Origin: an uncultured Oscillospiraceae bacterium
Lineage (GTDB): Bacteria; Bacillota; Clostridia; Acetivibrionales; DTU013
Direction: 5' to 3'
DNA length: 64,000 nucleotides
Assembly: GCA_964587755.1 (NCBI GenBank)
Contig: CAZPMC010000006.1
Span: 5,488 to 69,487 of the forward strand
Position numbers and translations under genes: made by a program. Under the pieces are notes generated by a model. That model worked only from the letters and a program-made list of their open reading frames with translations, was not told the origin of the DNA and ran no database searches. Shown in pieces: positions 56,207 to 64,000 of the stretch. Position 1 is the stretch's first letter. Every line of letters starts with the position of its first letter.

Positions 56207-57523
56207 ATGTGTATTAGTAGAAGAATATTATTCTTGGCTGTTTTTGTACTAATTATTATGTCATCAGGGTGTGTATCGGAGCCAGTCTCCTCCTTACCCG
56301 GAAATGATAAGGTTGAGGTTGATTTGGCTTTGGCATCTTATGATCCTGAGGTGCCTGGTTGGAGCGCAGTTATTGAAGCGGCGAACAAAAAGCTTGCGCC
56401 CCAAAACATAGAAATAAAAATTAACAAAATACCGACAAGCACCTGGGAGCCCTATTATCAAAAAATACTTACGCTTATTGCCTCCGGGAATGCACCTGAT
56501 ATAGGACGAATAGCGGAATCATATCTTCCCATTCTCATTGAGAAAAATCAAATCGTAGAGGTAACGGATAAGATGGGGCAGATTGACAAGGAACAATACT
56601 TAGACGGTGCCTTTAGCGGGGCGGCCTTTGTTGACGGTAGGGTGTACGGTCTGCCATGTGGTATTTATACCATGCTTCTATACTATAATAGGGATTTGTT
56701 CGACGAAGCCGGAGTTGAATATCCGTCCAGCGACTGGAACAACCCGGTGACCTGGGACGAGTTTAGAAGCGTGGCGGCAAAGCTTACTAAAGGTGATGGT
56801 TCAGATAAGATATTCGGGGCACATCTAAATCTGGAGATATTGATGCTTAATCAGTATTTCATGGGCAATGGCGGAGCTCCTCTTTTTGATGAGAAGGGTG
56901 CATGTATGCTAAATCACCCCAAAAACGCTGAAATACTTGATCTGTTTGGGAAAATGTATACTGAGGACAAATCCTTAATGAGGCCTATAGATGCAAAAAC
57001 AGTGGGGTACGGTGACATGTTTAGAGCAGGAAAAGTAGGTATGATGGTGGAGGGTACATGGTTTCATTATAAAGCAAAGAACATAAAACAATTTGAAGCA
57101 GGTATCGCCGCAATTCCATCAAATACAGGAAGGTCAGTATGTACAAACTTTATAGACTCCTGGGTGATTTTCAACGGCTCAAAGCATGAAAATGAGGCAT
57201 GGGAAGCACTGAAGGCCATCATAAGTAAAGAGGCGTTCGATGCTCTTGCACCTCACAGTGTAGGAGGTATACCAATTACAAAAAGTACAATAGAGCAATA
57301 TAAGGAAAACATCGTGGGTGAGCATTTTGACAAATACGGTAAAAGTGCTTTTATTGAGAGTATTAATCATACTGTACAGGCAAGCTATTCAGTTAACATA
57401 AATTATTTTACCCGGGATTGGAATTATCTGCTGGAATCATACTCATTAGGAGGGATTACTACCGGAGAATTTATCGAAAGAGGCATGGAGGTTATTTCAG
57501 AAGGAAATATGATAAATAACTGA
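56207..57523 (+). CDS. solute-binding lipoprotein, probable sensor partner of the adjacent two-component system
   Basis: Lipobox MSSGCVS and a family-1 solute-binding fold. AAGGAG sits 8 nt upstream of ATG 56207. Lies directly upstream of the response regulator and kinase genes. Confidence 0.78.
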   Translation: MCISRRILFLAVFVLIIMSSGCVSEPVSSLPGNDKVEVDLALASYDPEVPGWSAVIEAANKKLAPQNIEIKINKIPTSTWEPYYQKILTLIASGNAPDIGRIAESYLPILIEKNQIVEVTDKMGQIDKEQYLDGAFSGAAFVDGRVYGLPCGIYTMLLYYNRDLFDEAGVEYPSSDWNNPVTWDEFRSVAAKLTKGDGSDKIFGAHLNLEILMLNQYFMGNGGAPLFDEKGACMLNHPKNAEILDLFGKMYTEDKSLMRPIDAKTVGYGDMFRAGKVGMMVEGTWFHYKAKNIKQFEAGIAAIPSNTGRSVCTNFIDSWVIFNGSKHENEAWEALKAIISKEAFDALAPHSVGGIPITKSTIEQYKENIVGEHFDKYGKSAFIESINHTVQASYSVNINYFTRDWNYLLESYSLGGITTGEFIERGMEVISEGNMINN

Positions 57524-57544
57524 TAAACAGAGGGGGATACCTTT

Positions 57545-59134
57545 TTGTATAAAGTGCTTATTGTAGATGACGACAAGGTAATACGACAAGATCTAAAAAC
57601 AATTCTTGATTGGCAAAAGTACGGATTCAAGGTCATGGCTGAAGCTGGTACGGGGCATGAAGCATTGGAGCAAATGAAGAAAAACACTTTTGACCTGGTG
57701 ATAACAGATATCTATATGCCAGTAATGGACGGCATCCAGCTGATACAAAGAGCAAAAAGTGAATATCCGTCTACAGAATTCATTGTTGTGAGTAACTATG
57801 ATGAGTTCAGATATGTTAAGACTGCTATGAAGTACGGCGCTCTTGATTATGTCTTAAAATATGAGATTGATGCCAATAGCTTTATCCCTATTATTACATC
57901 TGTACGAAATAAGCTGGAGGGCAGGCAAGAAAACAATAACACTGCTGTGGAGAGAATGAATGAGAATTGGAGACACGCGCTTGAGGAGAAATTCTGGAGG
58001 AATCTGCTGACCGACCAAAAAGACCTTGATACAATACAATCTGAGGGTAGAAGGCTTGGAATAGATGTAACTTGCAGCCCTCATGTTCTTCTTTTCTTAG
58101 ATGTCAGCTTCGGGCAGTTGGACAATGTACAAATAAATTATAAAATCAAAGAGCTTAATAAAAATATTAATAAGTTAGTACGTGAATGTAAGGAAAACTT
58201 TAAATACAGCTTTGTGCTCCGGGTCGAGGAATGCATGTGGGTGGTTATTCTAAAGTCCGGCGAGAAAAGCCAAAGTGCCATAAAGAACTCCGGCTTTTTA
58301 TTCTCCAGAAGTTTAATGAAGAAAATTAAAGATGGTTTTAATGCCAATATTGTATGCGAAATAGGAGATGTAATACTCAAAGCAGAGGAGTTTTCACGGG
58401 CATACAGGAGGATGAGGGAGTGTATTGAAAGTAAGTTTTATTATGGTTTGGACGTTGTTATTGATATGTCTTATATTAATGACATGAAGTTTAGTTATGA
58501 TGAAAAAGTGATGGAGTCTTTGAAAAAGAAAATTCTTGATGATGTTAGCCGGATGGATTTTAAAAAGGCTGAAAAAGAGCTCATATCTGCTGTTGAGGTT
58601 ATAAACAGCCAGAAGCTCAGCCCGGGATTGGTTTATGAATTTTTTACGGTGCTGCTTTTGTCAATGAAAGAAATAATGGCCGGGAAAGGCGTTTTCGATT
58701 ACGAGAGCAGCGGAATATCCATAGGGAAAAAAGTTAGATCCTTTAAAACACTTAAGGGTATTGAACAGTATATTATTCAATTACTGCAGACTGCTGACTG
58801 TATAACCCATAACGATGAGGGGGCTTGTTACAGGCCAGAGGTGCAAAAGGCTGTGTGCCTGATAAGGAATAACTACATGAAGACGCTGACATTAGACAGC
58901 GTATCTGAATCTGTCGGAGTTAGTAAAAACTATCTATGCAGACTTTTCAAGGAGGAGACTGGGGTAAATTTTATTGATTACCTCAATAAAGTCAGAATTG
59001 ACAAGGCAAAACAAATGATTATAAATACAGACAAGAGCATAAAAGAGGTTGCGTGCTTGGTAGGGATGGATTATGCTTATTTTTGTAAGGTTTTTAGAAA
59101 TTTAATGGGTAAAAGACCAAGTGATTTGAGGTAA
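57545..59134 (+). CDS. response regulator with AraC-type HTH output (YesN-like)
   Basis: CheY receiver (VLIVDDD...DLVITDIYMPVMDG) and a C-terminal AraC HTH (LDSVSESVGVSKNYLCRLFKEETG). TTG start after a purine-rich RBS. Confidence 0.9.
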   Translation: MYKVLIVDDDKVIRQDLKTILDWQKYGFKVMAEAGTGHEALEQMKKNTFDLVITDIYMPVMDGIQLIQRAKSEYPSTEFIVVSNYDEFRYVKTAMKYGALDYVLKYEIDANSFIPIITSVRNKLEGRQENNNTAVERMNENWRHALEEKFWRNLLTDQKDLDTIQSEGRRLGIDVTCSPHVLLFLDVSFGQLDNVQINYKIKELNKNINKLVRECKENFKYSFVLRVEECMWVVILKSGEKSQSAIKNSGFLFSRSLMKKIKDGFNANIVCEIGDVILKAEEFSRAYRRMRECIESKFYYGLDVVIDMSYINDMKFSYDEKVMESLKKKILDDVSRMDFKKAEKELISAVEVINSQKLSPGLVYEFFTVLLLSMKEIMAGKGVFDYESSGISIGKKVRSFKTLKGIEQYIIQLLQTADCITHNDEGACYRPEVQKAVCLIRNNYMKTLTLDSVSESVGVSKNYLCRLFKEETGVNFIDYLNKVRIDKAKQMIINTDKSIKEVACLVGMDYAYFCKVFRNLMGKRPSDLR

Positions 59135-59140
59135 ATAATA

Positions 59141-60964
59141 ATGGCAGCCTTAAAACTTATATTCCGGCCCTTTAGATATTTATACCTGTTTATTTCACAG
59201 AGCTTAAAGCATAAGCTCATACTTTCCTTTTTCTTGATTTCAGTAATGCCTATACTGCTTACGGGCAGCCTGATTTACAGGTTCACATCGGATATTGTAC
59301 TCAATAGGGTTACACAAAGCTCTACAGATCTCATTATGAAAAAAATCAGCTATTTTGATGAGGTTTTCTATGAAGTAAATAAAATGCTTTTAGAAGCCAC
59401 CTCATCTACAGATACAATAAAGTATTTAAATATAAGCAAAGACAATCTGGATTTGCCTGAATCACATCAAGTTCTTGATAAAATGGCATCAAAATTTGAA
59501 TATATGCTGCAGATTAAAGGGGATTTAATTGATTCCGTGATGATATTGCCAAGAAAAGGTTACTATCCTTTTTTCAGAGGATTACGAACTGTTGATTATG
59601 CAGATGATTTCAGTCAGTTAGGTATATACAAGGATACAATTGAAAGTAAGAATCTTGTTATGTGGTCCTCTGATAATGATACCGAATCCGGTGGCTACTA
59701 TATTACAGCCTCATCATGTGTAATTGACGGTTTGACTGACCAGGTAATCGGCGTTATAGTGGTTTATTTGGATATTGATAAAGTCCGGGGCATATTTGAG
59801 CATTCCAGTACAACTGAACACGAAGAGCTGTTTGTTTTGGACGCAAGCAATATGATTATTTACCATTCAGATTATTCAAGGATAGGAGGAAGCTTTGGAA
59901 ACGCTGAAATCCTTGACAGGATCGAACAGAACGCACAAAACAGCTTTATACATGATATAGATGGTGTAAGCAAGGTTGTTACCCATTATACCTCAGACAA
60001 CAGTGGATGGCGTATTATAAATACGGTCCCATATGATGATGTAATAAAGGATGTCGGTTTTATACCTTCTATCACAATGTCTGTATTATTAAGCTGCCTT
60101 ATTTACGCTTTTACTATTTCAGTGCTGATATACCGCAACATTTATAACCCTATTAAGAATTTAACCACGTCAATGGGTTTGTTAGGCGATGGAAACCTTG
60201 ACATCCGGGCTGATACAGGCAGGCGGGATGAATTCGGTAAGCTCTCAGAAGGTTTTAACAAAATGATAAAACGGATAGCAGCCTTGATTGAGAATATTAA
60301 GGTTGAGCAAAGACTTAAAAAGGAAAACGAAATAAAAGCCCTTCAATCTCAGATAACCCCTCATTTTATGTATAACACCCTAAATTGCATTAAGGCGATG
60401 GTAAGGGCAGGTAGGAGGGAGGATTCGGTGAACATGATTACCTCACTGATTACCCTTCTAAAAATCAGCTTCAGCAATACAAATGAGCATGTAACAATTT
60501 TAGAAGAGCTTAATTATGTAAGAAGCTATATCGAAATTATGGAATACAGGTATGAAAAAAATGTTGAGGTTGTATATGATATCGATAATAGCCTGCTTTG
60601 CTGCGGCATACTGAAGTTTGTACTTCAGCCTATTGTTGAAAATTGTTTTATTCATGCATTTACTGATACCGGCAGTGACTGGAGAATAAAGATCGCCATT
60701 AAAAAGAAGGATAATAACATAAAAGCTATTGTAAAGGATAACGGTAAGGGGATGAATCTAAGTGAGAAGCATCCTATAGATATATTAAGCGGCAGTTCAA
60801 GAGTGAAATTCAGCTCTATTGGTCTTAGCAACATTCAGGAGAGAATACGTTTGAATTATGGGGAGCATTACGGTGTAAATGTATCAAGCAAGGCAGGTGT
60901 CGGAACAACAATTGAATTGACCCTGCCATATATTGATGCCAATCAAAGCCAGGAAAGAGTATAG
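59141..60964 (+). CDS. sensor histidine kinase (YesM-like; HAMP, His_kinase, HATPase_c)
   Basis: 607 aa. Two TM segments flank an extracellular domain, followed by a HAMP domain. Has QITPHFMYNTLN (internal His-kinase motif) and a C-terminal ATPase with DNGKGM and GLSNIQERI. Confidence 0.9.
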   Translation: MAALKLIFRPFRYLYLFISQSLKHKLILSFFLISVMPILLTGSLIYRFTSDIVLNRVTQSSTDLIMKKISYFDEVFYEVNKMLLEATSSTDTIKYLNISKDNLDLPESHQVLDKMASKFEYMLQIKGDLIDSVMILPRKGYYPFFRGLRTVDYADDFSQLGIYKDTIESKNLVMWSSDNDTESGGYYITASSCVIDGLTDQVIGVIVVYLDIDKVRGIFEHSSTTEHEELFVLDASNMIIYHSDYSRIGGSFGNAEILDRIEQNAQNSFIHDIDGVSKVVTHYTSDNSGWRIINTVPYDDVIKDVGFIPSITMSVLLSCLIYAFTISVLIYRNIYNPIKNLTTSMGLLGDGNLDIRADTGRRDEFGKLSEGFNKMIKRIAALIENIKVEQRLKKENEIKALQSQITPHFMYNTLNCIKAMVRAGRREDSVNMITSLITLLKISFSNTNEHVTILEELNYVRSYIEIMEYRYEKNVEVVYDIDNSLLCCGILKFVLQPIVENCFIHAFTDTGSDWRIKIAIKKKDNNIKAIVKDNGKGMNLSEKHPIDILSGSSRVKFSSIGLSNIQERIRLNYGEHYGVNVSSKAGVGTTIELTLPYIDANQSQERV

Positions 60965-60986
60965 CGCTTTTATCCGGTTGCTTATA

Positions 60987-61802
60987 TTATATTTTACCGT
61001 TAATAATCCTTTCTAAGACATAGGCTACGCCGTCATCGTCATTTGACAATGTTACATAACCGGCAACTGCTTTTAATTCGTCAGGTGCGTTTTCCATCAC
61101 AACACCAAGACCTGCATATTCTATCATTGAAAGGTCGTTATAACTATCTCCGATAGCAACCATTTCATCCTGCTTAATACCGAACCGGGCTCCCAACATG
61201 CCCATTGCTGCTGCCTTTGATGCACGTTTATCAACAAATTCCAAATATTCCGGTTGAGAGGTGTAAAAGTCGACTTCAAGGTTTGAATTCTCCTTCAAAG
61301 TTTTTTCGATACACTCGATTTTATCCTTACTATCACAAAAAAGTATTTTAGTAATTCCTGACTGTATAAGAGCTTCCTCATCCTGGATAAGGGCGGGCTC
61401 AACGGAAGAATACTGCCTATACACCTCAAGGTCTGCATTGAAGGCTGAAGTAAATAATGCATCGGCCAAGCCGTCAGTTGTCCAGGCGATAATAGTGGTA
61501 TCAAACTTTTTCCCCCAGGAAAAAACGACTCTTGCATCATTAGGAGTCAGGCGCTGATCGAATATTATTTCTCCTGATTTGCCCATTACGATTAAAGCGC
61601 CGTTGTAAGCCATATAGGGTATGTCTAGGCCAAGAGCTTCAATATAAGGCTCTATTCCTTTAATGGGCCTGCCGGTGCATATTGCAACAATAATCCCCTT
61701 TTCTGTAGCCATCTTAATAGTTCTGATAGTCTTATCGGTAATCCTTTTATCACTGTTAAGCAACGTTCCGTCCATATCTACTGCTACTAATTTGTACTTC
61801 AT
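60987..61802 (-). CDS. Cof-type HAD-IIB phosphatase (paralog B)
   Basis: MKYKLVAVDMDGTLLNS and GDSYNDLSMIEYAGLGVVMENA. Collinear with paralog A. The ATG at 61802 is preceded by GAGGGGGA. Confidence 0.88.
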   Translation of the reverse strand: MKYKLVAVDMDGTLLNSDKRITDKTIRTIKMATEKGIIVAICTGRPIKGIEPYIEALGLDIPYMAYNGALIVMGKSGEIIFDQRLTPNDARVVFSWGKKFDTTIIAWTTDGLADALFTSAFNADLEVYRQYSSVEPALIQDEEALIQSGITKILFCDSKDKIECIEKTLKENSNLEVDFYTSQPEYLEFVDKRASKAAAMGMLGARFGIKQDEMVAIGDSYNDLSMIEYAGLGVVMENAPDELKAVAGYVTLSNDDDGVAYVLERIINGKI

Positions 61803-61987
61803 TATGTCCCCCTCAAAGATAGATGTCATACATCTTGAGTATATAATACCATGTCTCTTAATTCAACATCGCCCAAACAACGGAAAATGCCACAGCTATT
61901 GCTATTTAATATTATAATAGGATAAAATAAAGCTGGTTTAGGCTTGCTTAGTAGTTTGATGAGAAACGTAAATGGGAGACTTAAATT

Positions 61988-62776
61988 ATGCAAAAGGACA
62001 AATACGACTTTAAGGATCTTTTGAAAATCATGGAGAGGCTTCGCTCTGAAAATGGCTGTCCCTGGGATAGGGAGCAGACACATGAAAGCCTGAGGATATA
62101 TTTGATAGAGGAGACATATGAAGTACTGGAGGCTCTCGATGCTAAAGACATAGGGAAATTCTGCAATGAGCTTGGTGATTTGCTGCTGCAGATAGTGTTC
62201 CATGCCCAGATAGCCAAGGAGAGAGGGGATTTCCAAATAGAAGATGTAATTACCGAGGTATGCAGTAAGCTGGTCTCAAGACACCCTCACATTTTCGGGG
62301 ATGTTAAGGCAGATACATCTGAGCAGGTGCTTGTTAATTGGGAAGCTATTAAGAAAAAGGAGAAGAAGCTAAAAAGCCAGACAGGAGTTTTAAAGGATGT
62401 ACCAAAGAATCTGCCTGCCCTTATGAGAAGCTATAAGGTACAGCAAAAGGCTGCTCAGGTGGGTTTTGACTGGGACGATATAAAGGATGTATTCTCCAAG
62501 GTTGATGAAGAGCTGAATGAATTAAAGGAGGCATACAACAGTAAGGACGCTCAGAGAATAACTGATGAGCTTGGAGACACATTATTTTCAATCGTCAATC
62601 TAGCAAGGTTTCTAAACGTACAGCCTGAGCTGGCACTTACCGGTACGGTTAATAAATTTATCAGAAGATTTGAGTATGTTGAAAAACAAAGCCTTAAACA
62701 GGGGAAAAAGCTTGAGGAAATGAGCCTTGCCGAGATGGACAAGCTTTGGAATGAGGCAAAGAAGGATTTGGCTTAA
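61988..62776 (+). CDS. mazG: nucleoside triphosphate pyrophosphohydrolase MazG
   Basis: 262 aa. LRSENGCPWDREQTHESL and tandem EExxE-type MazG domains. Confidence 0.92.
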   Translation: MQKDKYDFKDLLKIMERLRSENGCPWDREQTHESLRIYLIEETYEVLEALDAKDIGKFCNELGDLLLQIVFHAQIAKERGDFQIEDVITEVCSKLVSRHPHIFGDVKADTSEQVLVNWEAIKKKEKKLKSQTGVLKDVPKNLPALMRSYKVQQKAAQVGFDWDDIKDVFSKVDEELNELKEAYNSKDAQRITDELGDTLFSIVNLARFLNVQPELALTGTVNKFIRRFEYVEKQSLKQGKKLEEMSLAEMDKLWNEAKKDLA

Positions 62777-62800
62777 GGATAAGAGGAAGGTGTTCAGATT

Positions 62801-63040
62801 ATGAGAATTGACAAGTATTTAAAGGTTTCAAGGCTGATTAAAAGACGTACTCTCGCAAATGAGGCTTGCGCGACGGGACGTGTAACCATAAACGGAAAAG
62901 TTGCAAAGCCCGGCTCAGAAGTGAAAACCGGGGACATTATAGAAATAAGATTAGGTAACAGCTTAACAACCGTTGAGGTCACGTCTGTTGCTGAACACGT
63001 TTCGAAGGCTGATTCAAAGCAGATGTATATTATCAAATAG
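62801..63040 (+). CDS. S4-domain RNA-binding protein (YabO-like)
   Basis: 79 aa. MRIDKYLKVSRLIKRRTLA...GRVTINGKVAKPG is an S4 motif. Conserved position between mazG and yabP. Confidence 0.85.
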   Translation: MRIDKYLKVSRLIKRRTLANEACATGRVTINGKVAKPGSEVKTGDIIEIRLGNSLTTVEVTSVAEHVSKADSKQMYIIK

Positions 63041-63045
63041 TCCTA

Positions 63046-63074
63046 TCATTTTATACCTTGTACATGCATATAAA
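63046..63074 (+). promoter_or_regulatory. candidate sigma-E-type sporulation promoter upstream of yabP
   Basis: TCATTTT, 14-nt spacer, CATATAAA compared with my recollection of the consensus (kmATATT-14-CATACAhT). B. subtilis yabP-yabQ-divIC is sigma-E dependent. Confidence 0.35.
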
Positions 63075-63108
63075 TCAAGTAGGATTGTATGCATCAAGGA
63101 GGCTATAA

Positions 63109-63402
63109 ATGATAGATGATAAAAAAGCTCCTAAGCCCAGGGCTCAAAACATTATTCTGGAAAACAGAGAGAAGCTGAATGTTTCCGGGGTAATAGATGT
63201 TGAGAGCTTTAACGATGAAAGCGTAATTGTTGATACAGAGCTAGGGTTGTTAATAATAAGAGGTTATGATCTGCACATAAACAAGCTGAATATTGAAAGC
63301 TCCGAGCTGGGGATAGAAGGGGAAATAGCAAGCATGGAATACTCTGACAGAGAAGGTTCAAGGGGTAAGGGCGGAGGATTTTTTGCCCGTATGTTCAAAT
63401 GA
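63109..63402 (+). CDS. yabP: sporulation protein YabP
   Basis: 97 aa. The NIILENREKLNVSGVIDVESFNDESVIVDTELGLLIIRG pattern is typical of YabP. Confidence 0.88.
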   Translation: MIDDKKAPKPRAQNIILENREKLNVSGVIDVESFNDESVIVDTELGLLIIRGYDLHINKLNIESSELGIEGEIASMEYSDREGSRGKGGGFFARMFK

Positions 63403-63791
63403 TAACTTCTGTCAGCGACCAGGCGTATGTGTTTTTTTGCACTATTATTAGCGGCATGGCTATTGCTCTGGCATATGATATCTTCAGAATATTCAGAAAA
63501 GCTGTCAAAACAAGTAGTGCAGTCACTTATGTGCAGGATTTATTGTATTGGCTTATTGCAGCCGCAATAATGTTTTTAACCGTATATTACAGCAATGACG
63601 GCCAGCTTAGGGCTTATTTATTTGCCGGAGCGATTATAGGTGTTATTTTATACGCTCTGCTACTGAGCAATATAATTATGAGGTCATCTCTATTTATAAT
63701 AAAAATTGCAGCAAAGGTGTTTAAAGCAGTTGTGTTTATTGTTTCCTACCCGTTAAAAATGATTGCTTATTTTCGCAAAAGGCAAAAATAA
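63399..63791 (+). CDS. yabQ: spore cortex biosynthesis membrane protein YabQ
   Basis: 130 aa, multi-TM. ATGA overlap with yabP and conserved gene order. Confidence 0.8.
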   Translation: MITSVSDQAYVFFCTIISGMAIALAYDIFRIFRKAVKTSSAVTYVQDLLYWLIAAAIMFLTVYYSNDGQLRAYLFAGAIIGVILYALLLSNIIMRSSLFIIKIAAKVFKAVVFIVSYPLKMIAYFRKRQK

Positions 63792-63876
63792 TAAATAATT
63801 GCAGGATTTTTTAAGGCAATATAGAATTTATAATATATAAGGGGAATTGGAATTGTGCCATATTGGCTTATGAGGA

Positions 63877-64000
63877 GCAATGGGAAATGAACAAAAGAAA
63901 AAAACCTCCATTTATGATACTTGTATTATGCTTAGCATTTCTCTATTTTTCGTATCTTGCCATTGGGCAGCAGAGGATTTTGGATGCCAAAAACCTTGAA
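63877..64000 (+). CDS. divIC: septum formation initiator (DivIC/FtsB family), 5' partial
   Basis: MNKRKKPPFMILVLCLAFLYFSYLAIGQQRILDAKNLE has a basic N-terminus, a single TM and the start of a coiled coil. GAGGAG sits 9 nt upstream. The position after yabQ matches the Bacillus order. Truncated by the window edge. Confidence 0.6.

Noticed and set aside
61803-61987. Promoter or ncRNA in the 185-nt gap between the second cof gene and mazG, and the 136-aa ORF at 61826-62236 (-).
   Set aside because: No hexamer pair with acceptable spacing was found by eye. The minus-strand ORF overlaps mazG antisense and has no RBS or motif.

Overview
This window looks like a moderately AT-rich chromosomal segment from a spore-forming Firmicute of class Clostridia. 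The evidence is a T-box leader, the mazG-yabO-yabP-yabQ-divIC order, lipoprotein solute-binding proteins, and YesMN-like two-component systems. I cannot assign a species.

Layout:
- 1-7.3 kb: an ilvB-ilvN-ilvC-leuA-cimA operon controlled by a Leu (CUC) T-box.
- 7.3-11.5 kb: an L,D-transpeptidase, then a GntR regulator with two matching palindromic operators, a PfkB sugar kinase and gnd.
- 11.6-15.1 kb (minus strand): a FecCD/BtuF-type ABC importer plus a THEP1-like NTPase.
- 15.4-51.1 kb: the main item, a roughly 36-kb catabolic island.
- 51-61 kb: cobB, two paralogous Cof phosphatases bracketing a CUT1 sugar ABC locus, and a sensor solute-binding protein with an AraC-type response regulator and a histidine kinase.
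- 62-64 kb: conserved sporulation and division genes.

The island's core resembles the E. coli ssnA/ygeY/xdhD/ygeX(dpaL)/hyuA/ygfJ(mocA) neighbourhood, which has been linked to selenium-dependent molybdenum hydroxylases and anaerobic purine/urate degradation. It is expanded with four ATZ/TRZ-type amidohydrolases, a DHOD/DPD-like flavoprotein-ferredoxin fusion, and a GH1-like protein lacking the catalytic nucleophile. It also carries a DeoR / Fe-S hydro-lyase / DeoC operon, a chemoreceptor, a BMP-type nucleoside ABC importer and three SDRs. Archaeal-type GAPDH and PGK and a split transketolase complete it.

No CRISPR array, rRNA, tRNA, transposase or integrase was seen. All functional calls rest on motif recognition by eye, not on database searches.
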